Positions 8,389 to 17,954 of a stretch of DNA of 64,000 nt are shown piece by piece; within the stretch, counting starts at the first letter, position 1, and each line of letters opens with the position of its first letter. Origin of the DNA: Flavobacteriales bacterium (GTDB lineage: Bacteria > Bacteroidota > Bacteroidia > UBA10329); assembly GCA_021741075.1 (NCBI GenBank), contig JAIOYO010000002.1, positions 28,848 through 92,847 of the forward strand, in the 5' to 3' direction. The notes beneath the pieces are model-generated. The model worked only from the letters and a program-made list of their open reading frames with translations. It searched no databases and had not been told where the DNA came from. The translations under genes were made by a program, and so were the position numbers.

Positions 8389-10536
8389 TTATTTGTTTAC
8401 ACCAACCAACTTGAACATGAACGCATATTCAAGGGCCGTTTCTTTAAGACTTTCGAAGCGTCCGCTTGCACCACCATGACCCGCTTCCATATTCGTATGT
8501 AGAAGCAGCAAGTTATTGTCTGTCTTGTTCACTCTCAATTTTGCGACCCATTTGGCTGGTTCCCAATACTGCACTTGACTATCATGAAGTCCGGTGGTGA
8601 CAAGCATATTCGGATAATTCTGAGCCCTAACATTATCGTAAGGAGAATAGCTCAGAATGTAGTCGTAATACTCTTTTTCGTTCGGGTTTCCCCATTCGTC
8701 ATACTCGCTAGTGGTCAGCGGAATGGTTTCGTCCAACATAGTTGTAATTACATCAACAAAAGCCACCTGAGCTACCACGCCTTTCCATAAATCTGGACGC
8801 ATGTTGACCACAGCACCCATCAGCAAACCACCGGCCGATCCGCCCATGGCAAATAGTTTTTCGTTGGTCGTGTAGCCGTTCTTGATGAGGTAATCGCCAC
8901 AATCAATGAAATCTGTGAAGGTGTTTTTCTTGTTCAGAAGTTTACCATTGTCATACCACTGTCGGCCCATTTCCTGTCCGCCACGGATGTGCGCCAAGGC
9001 ATAGACAAAACCGCGGTCGAGCAAGCTTAAACGAACAGAACTGAAATACGGATCCATGCTTGCTCCATACGAACCGTAAGCATAAAGCAAAGTCGGATTG
9101 CTTCCATCTTTCTTTATTCCTTTTCGGTAAACGATGGAAACTGGCACCTGTGTTCCATCGGTTGCAGTTACCATTACTCGTTCGGTTGTGTAATTATTGC
9201 GGTCAAAATCTCCAATGACCGGTTGCTCTTTCAGCAACGTTTTTTCCTTGGTTCGCATGTTGTAATCCAAGGTTGACCAAGGTGTGGTTAGGGATGAATA
9301 TCCATAGCGCAGCACTTCGGTATCGAAATCCATATTGGTTCCGATGTAGCTGGTGTAGGCCGCCTCTCCGAAGTTGAGATAGTGCTCCTGCTTCGATTTT
9401 TGATCCATGATGCGCAGCTGCGGAAGACCATTTGTCCGTTCGTTCACTACCATGAAGTTTTTGAAAATCTCAATGCCTTCAAGCAGTGTTTCTGGTCGAT
9501 GGGCAATCACTTCTTTCCAGTTCGATTTTGCCGGTTTATCAACCGTTGTTTCCATCAAACGGAAATTCTGCGCATCCCAATTGGTGACGATATAAAGCTT
9601 GTTCTCAAAATGTGTGACGTTGTATTCGTGATCTCGCTCACGCGGTTGAATGACTTTGAATTCTCCTTTCGGGTTGGAAGCATCCAACATTCGGTATTCC
9701 GAAGACACTGTTTGAAAAGATCCGATGAAGATGTAGCCCTTGCTTTTTGTTCTCCATGCATAGCAAGAAAACGTCTCGTCTTTTTCCTTGAAAACCTCCA
9801 CATCCGAAGTTACTTCTGTTCCCAGTTCGTGGCGTAGAATGCGGTCTGTGCGAAGCGTTTCGAGATCTTTTCCTATGTAGAAAAAGGTCTTGTTGTCTGC
9901 TGCCCAGGCTCCTCCGCCCGCGCATCCGGCAATGGTTTCAGCATACATTTCCCCAGTCTCCAAATTCTTGAAATACATGGTATAAATTCTGCGGCTTACC
10001 GTATCAATCCCGAATGCCGCAATCTTGTTGTCATCGCTTATTTCAATTCCGCCAAGCGAGAAATAGTCGTGGCCCTCAGCCAATTTATTCTCATCAATGA
10101 AAACCTCTTCGGGCGCGTCCATCGAACCCTTTCTTCGGCAATGCAATTGGTATTCTTTGCCTTCTTCATATCGGGTGTAGTAGAAGTAGCCATTGTCTTT
10201 GTACGGAACGCTTTCGTCATCTTCCTTGATGCGACCACGCATTTCCTTATAGAGGTCTTCCTGAAACTGCTTGGTGTCTGCCATTACGTTTTCGGTGTAG
10301 GCGTTTTCTTCTTCCAGGTATTTGATAACCTCTGGGTTTTCGCGCTCTTTCAACCAGAAATAGTTGTCGGTTCTGGTATGACCATGAATGGTCATTTCGT
10401 GCGGTTTTACTGCCGCAATAGGTGGTTTCATATCTTCTTGACCTTTATTGTTTGAGTTACAGCTAAGAATCGTGGAGACCGACATCACAATTCCAGTAAT
10501 TTTTAAGTATTGATTCATCGTGTATTTGATTCTCAT
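8389..10536 (-). CDS. S9A prolyl oligopeptidase family peptidase (oligopeptidase B-like), lipoprotein
   Basis: GGSAGGLLMG nucleophile elbow and C-terminal alpha/beta hydrolase after an N-terminal beta-propeller region. Lipoprotein-type signal (..ILSCNS). Confidence 0.75.
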   Translation of the reverse strand: MRIKYTMNQYLKITGIVMSVSTILSCNSNNKGQEDMKPPIAAVKPHEMTIHGHTRTDNYFWLKERENPEVIKYLEEENAYTENVMADTKQFQEDLYKEMRGRIKEDDESVPYKDNGYFYYTRYEEGKEYQLHCRRKGSMDAPEEVFIDENKLAEGHDYFSLGGIEISDDNKIAAFGIDTVSRRIYTMYFKNLETGEMYAETIAGCAGGGAWAADNKTFFYIGKDLETLRTDRILRHELGTEVTSDVEVFKEKDETFSCYAWRTKSKGYIFIGSFQTVSSEYRMLDASNPKGEFKVIQPRERDHEYNVTHFENKLYIVTNWDAQNFRLMETTVDKPAKSNWKEVIAHRPETLLEGIEIFKNFMVVNERTNGLPQLRIMDQKSKQEHYLNFGEAAYTSYIGTNMDFDTEVLRYGYSSLTTPWSTLDYNMRTKEKTLLKEQPVIGDFDRNNYTTERVMVTATDGTQVPVSIVYRKGIKKDGSNPTLLYAYGSYGASMDPYFSSVRLSLLDRGFVYALAHIRGGQEMGRQWYDNGKLLNKKNTFTDFIDCGDYLIKNGYTTNEKLFAMGGSAGGLLMGAVVNMRPDLWKGVVAQVAFVDVITTMLDETIPLTTSEYDEWGNPNEKEYYDYILSYSPYDNVRAQNYPNMLVTTGLHDSQVQYWEPAKWVAKLRVNKTDNNLLLLHTNMEAGHGGASGRFESLKETALEYAFMFKLVGVNK

Positions 10537-10593
10537 GACATTTTTTTAGCTGCACAAAATTGTAGAAAGTAAATCACTTGGCTTTTTAAGGAA

Positions 10594-11331
10594 TTATTCA
10601 ACCCCGTGTGTTTCCTTGATTTGATACAGTTCTGCAGGCGGCATTCGCTTCGCAGCTAAGAAATACAAAAGGGTGTTAAACGCCAACGTGAGTTTTTTTC
10701 GAAAAGTCCATTGCGACATACCTACCTCCCGTTTTCGCTTTTCGTAAAACAGTATTGCAGGTTCTTTTTCGATTAGAAGTAATAGTAGCAATCCATTGAT
10801 TCCGGACCTCATCTTGGTTTTCAGTTCGGAGATGAGCAATTTGTCGAACAAACAAAAATCAAAACCACCCGCTGGCAGATTATGTAATCCAAAAATTCTA
10901 AGCATTAGATTGAAAATCCAAGCAAAAAGTTTGGTCGAAACCGAATCGTGTCTGCGTTCTCGTGCGGCAATTATGACCTTATTACCTTCTTTCCATTTTT
11001 GAAACATTTCTTGGATGAGTAGTGGAGGGTCTTGAAGATCGGCACTCATTACCACCACACAATGGCCCGTTGCGTATTCAAAACCGGCAAAAATGGCGTT
11101 GTATGAGCCAACATTGGCTGCCAACCCTATTACCTTGGTTTTATTCGGATTTAAACGATGAAAATGAACCAGCTCAGTAAGCGTTCCGTCTCCGGAGAAA
11201 TCATCGATAAAAACATACTCAAATTTCACGTCAATAGAAAATCGCTTTTCGTTTTCGAGTAGTGCAGCCGTTGTAATGGGAATGTTTTTCTCATTGTTGA
11301 AGCACGGAATGACGACCGAGATTTTAGTCAT
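10594..11331 (-). CDS. GT2 polyprenyl-phosphate sugar transferase (ArnC/GtrB-like)
   Basis: VVIPCFNNE ... FIDDFSGDGT (DXD) ... ADLQDPP, with C-terminal TM helices. Paralog of 56593..57552. Confidence 0.7.
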   Translation of the reverse strand: MTKISVVIPCFNNEKNIPITTAALLENEKRFSIDVKFEYVFIDDFSGDGTLTELVHFHRLNPNKTKVIGLAANVGSYNAIFAGFEYATGHCVVVMSADLQDPPLLIQEMFQKWKEGNKVIIAARERRHDSVSTKLFAWIFNLMLRIFGLHNLPAGGFDFCLFDKLLISELKTKMRSGINGLLLLLLIEKEPAILFYEKRKREVGMSQWTFRKKLTLAFNTLLYFLAAKRMPPAELYQIKETHGVE

Positions 11332-11421
11332 CGGAACTTGAATAAGGGAGAATCGTGCTGAGGATGAAAATTCTGGAATAGGTCTTTCATTACCTTCTCA
11401 TTTGGTGCAAAATCGAAATCA

Positions 11422-12552
11422 TCACTTTTCGAAAAAGCAACTTATGGATTCAATCACCGCGTTTTGGTTGTCTGTTGTAAGGTCGTAGAAAAGTGGAAGC
11501 CGAACCAATCTATTGGTAAAAGAATCCGAATTTTTCAATTCCCTTCCATCATATTTATTTGAAAAATAATCAGACCGATGAAGCGATTGAAAATGAAATG
11601 TAGCCGCAATTCCTTTTTCGGCCAAATAAGAAATCAGCCTATCACGCTGGGGCTTAGATTCGGTAATGAGATAAAATGTATGTCCGTTATGATTGGCGTA
11701 GGCTGGAATCTTAGGTCGCTCAATTTTCCCTTGGTTTTCCAGCGTTTCAAACGCTTCAAAGTAGTTGTTCCAAAGACCAACTCTTCTGGCATTCACATCT
11801 TGAACTTTAGGTATCTGCGCCAAAAGAAAGGCCGAATTGAATGCCGATGGATAAAACGAAGAACCCAAATCGACCCATCCATAGTTGTTGACCTTGCCAT
11901 CTTTGAATTCTTGGCGATTGGTGCCCATGTCCCAAACAATCTCTGCGCGTGAAACAAGTGCTGGATTGTTGATGAGAATCGCACCTCCTTCTCCACAGTG
12001 GATGTTCTTGGTTTCGTGAAACGACAGCGCTCCAAGTGTTCCGATTCCTCCTAGTGCCTTGCCTTTATAGGTGCTTCCTACGCCCTGCGCATTGTCCTCA
12101 ATCATGTGCAGAGAATGCTTATCGGCAATGGCTTTTAGGGTGTCCATTTCGCACGCAACTCCTCCGTAATGAAGCGCGACAATCGCTTTGGTTTTTGATG
12201 TGATGAGTTCCTCAACTCTTGATTCGTCAATGGACGGATGGTCTGGTCGGCTGTCTGCAAAAACGATTTTCGCTCCAAGATTAGCAAAAGCATTTGCCGT
12301 AGTAACAAAGGCATAGGAAGGAATAATAACCTCATCTCCTTCTCCAATATTCAATAATAATGCTGACAGTTCGAGGGCGGAAGTGCAAGAGGTGGTCAGA
12401 AGCGCTTTTTGGTAACCAAACTGTTTCTCCAGTTCTTGTTGACATCGATTTCCGAAAAAACCATTTCCGGCAAACTGTTTTGAATCGAAAACCTCCGATA
12501 GCAAGGCTTGCTCCGTTCCTAACACCAGTGGCCGATTGAATGGAATTTCCAT
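11422..12552 (-). CDS. DegT/DnrJ/EryC1-family PLP aminotransferase, WecE-like (dTDP-4-amino-4,6-dideoxyhexose transaminase)
   Basis: SFHETKNIHCGEGG includes the catalytic Lys. N-terminus MEIPFNRPLVLGTE and C-terminus RLPLFY resemble E. coli WecE/RffA. Confidence 0.75.
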   Translation of the reverse strand: MEIPFNRPLVLGTEQALLSEVFDSKQFAGNGFFGNRCQQELEKQFGYQKALLTTSCTSALELSALLLNIGEGDEVIIPSYAFVTTANAFANLGAKIVFADSRPDHPSIDESRVEELITSKTKAIVALHYGGVACEMDTLKAIADKHSLHMIEDNAQGVGSTYKGKALGGIGTLGALSFHETKNIHCGEGGAILINNPALVSRAEIVWDMGTNRQEFKDGKVNNYGWVDLGSSFYPSAFNSAFLLAQIPKVQDVNARRVGLWNNYFEAFETLENQGKIERPKIPAYANHNGHTFYLITESKPQRDRLISYLAEKGIAATFHFQSLHRSDYFSNKYDGRELKNSDSFTNRLVRLPLFYDLTTDNQNAVIESISCFFEK

Positions 12553-12557
12553 TTACC

Positions 12558-13565
12558 TCAAGCAAATTGATTTGCGTTCAGTCCCAACCAATCTAAACTC
12601 GAATTGCAGAAAATATTCTCCAAATCCTGTTGTGGAAGATTCATCTCTTCAATGAATTTTCCGATTTCCAAATCGCCTAGCGGGAATGGATAATCGCTTC
12701 CCAAACAGACTTTTTCGGAACCCACTTTGTCAATGATGAATTTAAGAGCATCTGCATCATGTGTAATGCAATCGACCCAAAACTTGCTTAGGTAATTGCG
12801 TGGGTTTACATCATTGTCAATAGCCACGAGGTCGGGGCGGCAATTGAAACCGTGTTCAATTCTACCAATTGTTGGAATGAAAGAGCCACCAGCGTGGGCG
12901 AAGCAAACTCGAAGGTTTGGCAGTTTTTCAAATATTCCAGCAAACACCATCGAGCAAATAGCTCTTGATGTTTCGGCTGGCATTCCTACCAACCACGGCA
13001 GCCAGTACTTCTTCATTTTGTCCATTCCCATCATGTTCCACGGGTGCACAAAAACCGCCATTCCGAGGTCTTGACAGGCTTCGAAAATGGGAAAGAACTC
13101 AGGTTCGTCAAGATTCTTATCGTTTATGTTTGAACCAATTTGCACGCCTGGAAATCCCAGCTCTTTGCAGTGCTGCAATTCATTAATGGCAAGGTCAGTA
13201 TCTTGCATGGGAAGGGTTCCCAACCCGATGTAATGCTTCTTGAATGGCGCGATGGATTGGGCCAAATCATCGTTCAAAAAACGTGCTACCTCCGCGCCAT
13301 CTTCGGGCTTTGCCCAATAGGAAAACAGCACCGGAATAGTACAAACTACCTGCACTTGCGTGTTGAATTGTGCATACTCCGGAATACGAATTTCTGGGTT
13401 CCAGCAGTTCTCCGTTATCTGTCGGAAGAATTTACCGCCTTGCATCATATTGGCCGTTCCAGGTTCAATATGGTCGAGCATGATAAAATCGCCATAGCCA
13501 AACTTGCGGGCAAAATCGGGCATTTTGCGCGGCATGATATGGGTATGCATGTCTATCTTAAGCAA
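12558..13565 (-). CDS. amidohydrolase-2 family protein (ACMSD-like metal-dependent decarboxylase/hydrolase)
   Basis: MLKIDMHTHIMP N-terminal HxH metal motif with TIM-barrel amidohydrolase_2 organisation. Confidence 0.55.
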   Translation of the reverse strand: MLKIDMHTHIMPRKMPDFARKFGYGDFIMLDHIEPGTANMMQGGKFFRQITENCWNPEIRIPEYAQFNTQVQVVCTIPVLFSYWAKPEDGAEVARFLNDDLAQSIAPFKKHYIGLGTLPMQDTDLAINELQHCKELGFPGVQIGSNINDKNLDEPEFFPIFEACQDLGMAVFVHPWNMMGMDKMKKYWLPWLVGMPAETSRAICSMVFAGIFEKLPNLRVCFAHAGGSFIPTIGRIEHGFNCRPDLVAIDNDVNPRNYLSKFWVDCITHDADALKFIIDKVGSEKVCLGSDYPFPLGDLEIGKFIEEMNLPQQDLENIFCNSSLDWLGLNANQFA

Positions 13566-14601
13566 GCTTCCCGTCTTTTAGCATTTGTGCATATTCCTTG
13601 GCAAAATAGGTAAGGATTGCCGAAGCGCCCGCTCGTTTAAAACTCAAGAGCATTTCGGGCATGGCTTTGTCGTAATCGAGCCAACCGTTTTGGGCTGCAG
13701 CTTTTAGCATGGCATATTCGCCACTTACGTTGTAGGCTGCTATTGGCAATTCAAACTTTTCTTTGAGAAGATGGATAATGTCTAGGTACAACAGCGCTGG
13801 CTTTACCATCAGAAAGTCTGCTCCTTCAGACGCATCTAATTCTGCTTCGCGAAGTGCTTCCCATTTGTTGGCTGGATCCATCTGGTAGGTTTTCTTGTCG
13901 CCCGATTTTGGTGCGCTGCCTAGCGCATCTCTAAACGGTCCGTAGTAGGCACTTGCATACTTGGCGGTGTAACTCATTATGCCCACGTTCTCAAAATCTT
14001 CGTCATCTAACTCTTCACGAATGTGCTGAATGCGTCCGTCCATCATATCCGATGGACCAATAATATCGATACCCACTTCTGCCTGTGCCACGGCCATTCT
14101 TCCAAGAATATCGAGCGTTTCGTCATTCAAGATTTTCCCATCTTCCACCAAGCCATCGTGTCCATCAGAACTGTACGGATCCATGGCCACATCGCTGATT
14201 AAACACGTTTCTGGAAACTCCTTTTTCAACTTTGAGATGGTGCGCAGGTAGAAGTTCTTCTGGCTGTAACTGTAGGTAGCAGTTTTGTCTTTCAGCGAAT
14301 CCTCTACCGCAGGAAAAAGCACAAACGAGCGCAATCCAAGGTTCATCGATTCTTCCACTTCTTTCAGCAATTTATCTTCCGAATAACGGTAGATGCCAGG
14401 CAGCGAACCAATCTCATCTTTAATTCCTTTTCCATCAACCATAAACAGCGGATAAATGAGGTTAGAAAGGTCTAAGCGCGTTTCGCGCACCATACTTCGT
14501 ATGGTTTCTGTGGCGCGGTTTCTTCTAGGTCGTTCAAGCATTGTTCTTACGGTGTCGGCCAAAGGTATAAACCTGTTGGCAACAGCATATCTTTGCTGCA
14601 T
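13558..14601 (-). CDS. hemB: porphobilinogen synthase (delta-aminolevulinate dehydratase)
   Basis: ERPRRNR N-terminal motif and active-site regions (SDVAMDPY, GPSDMMDGR) match HemB. Start may be the internal Met at MLERPRRNR (about 14538). Confidence 0.8.
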   Translation of the reverse strand: MQQRYAVANRFIPLADTVRTMLERPRRNRATETIRSMVRETRLDLSNLIYPLFMVDGKGIKDEIGSLPGIYRYSEDKLLKEVEESMNLGLRSFVLFPAVEDSLKDKTATYSYSQKNFYLRTISKLKKEFPETCLISDVAMDPYSSDGHDGLVEDGKILNDETLDILGRMAVAQAEVGIDIIGPSDMMDGRIQHIREELDDEDFENVGIMSYTAKYASAYYGPFRDALGSAPKSGDKKTYQMDPANKWEALREAELDASEGADFLMVKPALLYLDIIHLLKEKFELPIAAYNVSGEYAMLKAAAQNGWLDYDKAMPEMLLSFKRAGASAILTYFAKEYAQMLKDGKLA

Positions 14602-16989
14602 TCGATGATTTTCAAATCGCCATTATTTAAGCGCGTTTTAATTCTAGCATTTGGCGTTGGCTGTCTATGGTTGGGAATCACCACTTACCAAGGAGTTTCC
14701 TTCCTATTGAATCCAAACGTTTCTATAACACCAGATACGAGTCAATCAATCATTCCGAAGGGCACTCATATCATGACGCGCTTATTGCAAGACGCAATCA
14801 ATCGAGAAAACATTGTCATGCTTCCGTTTGAGATGACTCACAAATTGAGATTGATTGATTTCCTGTTAAAGAACACACATTGGTTGAATCAGGATTGGAA
14901 GGCCTCAATGAAGCAATGGCGAGCAGAAATGTTACTTGATTATGGAAGCAGCGAACAGGCGATAACCCAAATTGAAGATTTGATGATTCAATTAGGCTAC
15001 GCAACCGACCATGTGTCAGAAGAAAACGTCTACTTAATGAGGTTGTTGGCTGTGGCTCACCTAAGGGCTGGAGAACAAGAAAATTGCTTCAGCAATCATA
15101 ATGCAAAATCGTGCATTTTTCCGTTCCACCCTCTGGCATATCATAAGACTGAAGAACATGTGACTAGAGCCAGTGAAATTTATTCGAAAATCTTGGCATT
15201 TGCGCCAAATGACCGAACAGCAAGGTGGTTATTGAATGTATGTCAAAGTGCTTTAGGAAACTACCCTAATGGTCTTGCAGAAGAGCTGCTTGTGCCTATT
15301 CCGCAGGCTTGTACCGAAGTAGATAGAGGCTCAATTTTCGAAAATAAAGCCGCAGCGCTTGGCATTGATGACGGAAGAGTGGCAGGTGGTGTGGTTATCG
15401 ATGATTTTAACAATGATGGGTTGTTTGACCTATTCGTGTCATCGTTTGGTATAAAAGACCAGTTAAAATATTACGAACGTGTTGCTGACGGCACATTCGT
15501 AGATAAAACAAAGCAAGCTGGTATTCTGGGGCTTACTGGAGGATTGAATATGGTTCAGGCTGATTACAATAACGATGGACTGGTTGATTTACTGGTTTTG
15601 CGTGGTTCTTGGTTTGGGGCTTCGGGCTGCTACCCTAATTCGTTGCTAAAAAACCTTGGTAACGGAACTTTTGAAGACGTGACTATTGAAAGCGGGCTCT
15701 ATTCTGAATTTCCAACGCAAGTTGCATGTTGGGGAGATTTTAACCTTGATGGATGGGTTGATGTTTTTATTGGGAATGAAGTACGCGATGAGGACGTTTA
15801 CAACAGCAATACCAAGGAGGATGCATATCCAAGCGAATTTTATGTGAACAATGGCGATGGAACCTTCACCAACTTAGCAAGCAAATACGGTTTGGAGATA
15901 AATGGATTTGTAAAAGGTGCGGTTTGGACAGATATTGACAATGATCGATTGCAAGACCTTCTCGTATCCGTCAAAGGGAGAGGAAACCTTCTTTTTCACA
16001 ACCAAGGAGGAACATCAATAGGTAATTGGTCATTCCAAAACATATCAAAAACAGCAGATATAAAAGACCCTATTCAAAGCTTTGGCGCTGCCTCGTTTGA
16101 TATTGACAATGATGGGTTTCAGGACTTGATTATATGTGATTATGATGATATTAATAACACTCCCGAAAAGGCATTTGTGTCTGAAATGCTTGGCGAAAAA
16201 GCAGTAGTAACCATGGCCGTATATCACAATAATGGTAATAACACATATGAAGATATCACCCAAAAGGCTGGATTAGGCAAACAACTGTACACCATGGGAT
16301 TCAATTATGGTGATTACAACAATGATGGGTTTCTTGACTTCTTTGCTGGAACTGGAGCGCCCGACTATTCATCCTTGGTGCCAAATCGGCTTTTCAAGAA
16401 CGCTGGAAATAACCAATTTGAAGATGTTACCTTTTCTTACGGTTTTGGTTCTCTTCAAAAAGGACATGGGGTGAGTTTTGCCGACCTTGACCATGATGGT
16501 AATCTAGACATCTATCTGGTTCAAGGTGGAGCATTTCAGGGAGATCAATACCCAAATGCCTGCTATATGAACTCTGGGAATAACGGTTCTTGGCTATCGA
16601 TGAAGCTGATTGGATCCAAGTCAAACCGATCAGCAATTGGTGCAGTAGTTAGGGTTGACTTTACAGATTCATTACATAACAAACGTTACCTATTTAGAAC
16701 CGTTAGTTCTGGTGGAAGTTTCGGTGCAAATCCGTTTGATGTGCATGTTGGTCTCGGGAATACATCTACTATTGATTCAATAACGGTTACATGGCCAAAT
16801 AAAAACCACACCACGCAAACGTTTAGGACAATAAGCGTAAATCAGTTCTTGGTTATTAGAGAAGATTCGGACCATATAGAAATCGTTCAGAAAAATAAAA
16901 TTTCAATAGAATCAAACTCCACAAGTAGTGGGTCCTGTATCCTTGTTCCTAGTACAGTTAAAAATCAGTCAAACACATGGCGATGGTGA
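14593..16989 (+). CDS. CRTAC1-family protein: FG-GAP/VCBS repeats plus ASPIC/UnbV C-terminal domain
   Basis: Repeated D-x-N/D-x-DG-x-x-D-L calcium-binding loops (FNNDGLFDL, DYNNDGLVDL, FDIDNDGFQDL, DLDHDGNLDI) and a C-terminal UnbV_ASPIC-like segment. N-terminal signal/TM. Confidence 0.65.
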   Translation: MLHSMIFKSPLFKRVLILAFGVGCLWLGITTYQGVSFLLNPNVSITPDTSQSIIPKGTHIMTRLLQDAINRENIVMLPFEMTHKLRLIDFLLKNTHWLNQDWKASMKQWRAEMLLDYGSSEQAITQIEDLMIQLGYATDHVSEENVYLMRLLAVAHLRAGEQENCFSNHNAKSCIFPFHPLAYHKTEEHVTRASEIYSKILAFAPNDRTARWLLNVCQSALGNYPNGLAEELLVPIPQACTEVDRGSIFENKAAALGIDDGRVAGGVVIDDFNNDGLFDLFVSSFGIKDQLKYYERVADGTFVDKTKQAGILGLTGGLNMVQADYNNDGLVDLLVLRGSWFGASGCYPNSLLKNLGNGTFEDVTIESGLYSEFPTQVACWGDFNLDGWVDVFIGNEVRDEDVYNSNTKEDAYPSEFYVNNGDGTFTNLASKYGLEINGFVKGAVWTDIDNDRLQDLLVSVKGRGNLLFHNQGGTSIGNWSFQNISKTADIKDPIQSFGAASFDIDNDGFQDLIICDYDDINNTPEKAFVSEMLGEKAVVTMAVYHNNGNNTYEDITQKAGLGKQLYTMGFNYGDYNNDGFLDFFAGTGAPDYSSLVPNRLFKNAGNNQFEDVTFSYGFGSLQKGHGVSFADLDHDGNLDIYLVQGGAFQGDQYPNACYMNSGNNGSWLSMKLIGSKSNRSAIGAVVRVDFTDSLHNKRYLFRTVSSGGSFGANPFDVHVGLGNTSTIDSITVTWPNKNHTTQTFRTISVNQFLVIREDSDHIEIVQKNKISIESNSTSSGSCILVPSTVKNQSNTWRW

Positions 16990-17327
16990 GGAATTGACAG
17001 AATAAGAATACAAATCCATTTCGCCTTCCATGGCCGCCCCAAGCAACCGCTTGAGCATAGGGGCAAGTACTCCGACTTTGCTGCCTCGCTATGTTCCATT
17101 CTTCAACTTTTCTATCGCTTCCCTCTCAAAGTTGGCGTAATCAAACTTGTCTTTCTGTTCTCCTTTCATGTTCTGTGTCGTTTTCAGTTTCCAAATTAAT
17201 AATTCTTACTGCTGATACAGTTTATTGTACAGACTCTCAAAGGAGTTCGGTAATCCAATTAGGCTCTTTCAACCATTCGTTTCCATTACCATCAACCAAA
17301 ACAAACAGCTTAGCTTTGCCAGCCGAA

Positions 17328-17954
17328 ATGCTACGCACGCAAACACTCACGTTTTCTTATCCGAATGGAACGCCATTCGCATTTCCAGACCTGAATGTAG
17401 CTGCTAATGAAGCTGTGCTTGTTCTCGGAAACTCGGGAAAAGGCAAAACCACACTGCTTCATTTATTGGCAGGGTTGATGGATGCAACAGATGGAACCAT
17501 TGTGTTGGATGGCACCAATATGGCCACGTTGAAAGGCTCGGCAAGAGACCGTTTTCGAGGTCAACACATCGGAATTGTGTTTCAGCAATCACAGTTTATT
17601 CGTTCTATAAGCGTGCTGCAAAACCTGCGCTTGGCGCGTTCGCTTGCTGGACTTCCTGAAGACGATGCATTTGCAGAAACCCTGCTTTCCGAACTCGGAA
17701 TATCGGAACGGAAAAACGCCAGACCCAACGAATTAAGCATTGGCGAACGACAACGGGTTGCAATCGCTCGAGCATTGGTTACTAAACCCAAAATTGTGTT
17801 GGCCGATGAACCAACCTCTGCATTAGACGATGAAAATTGCGAAGCCGTGGCGGCACTTTTTGAACGAACAGTTACAGGTCATGGAGCGGCTTTGGTAATT
17901 GTAACACACGATCAGCGTTTGAAAAACAGATTTCAAAACTCGGTTTCGTTATGA
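17328..17954 (+). CDS. ABC transporter ATP-binding protein (LolD/MacB-type)
   Basis: Walker A GNSGKGKTT, signature LSIGERQRV, Walker B VLADEPTSALD. Start taken at the internal ATG 17328; the ORF upstream of that lacks homology. Confidence 0.8.
   Translation: MLRTQTLTFSYPNGTPFAFPDLNVAANEAVLVLGNSGKGKTTLLHLLAGLMDATDGTIVLDGTNMATLKGSARDRFRGQHIGIVFQQSQFIRSISVLQNLRLARSLAGLPEDDAFAETLLSELGISERKNARPNELSIGERQRVAIARALVTKPKIVLADEPTSALDDENCEAVAALFERTVTGHGAALVIVTHDQRLKNRFQNSVSL

Noticed and set aside
17091-17327. N-terminal 79-aa extension of the ABC ATPase ORF (MFHSSTFLSLPSQ...)
   Set aside because: The extension has no ABC homology, is Ser/Leu-rich, and the canonical ATPase N-terminus begins at the internal ATG 17328. 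It is treated as 5' leader, not coding.
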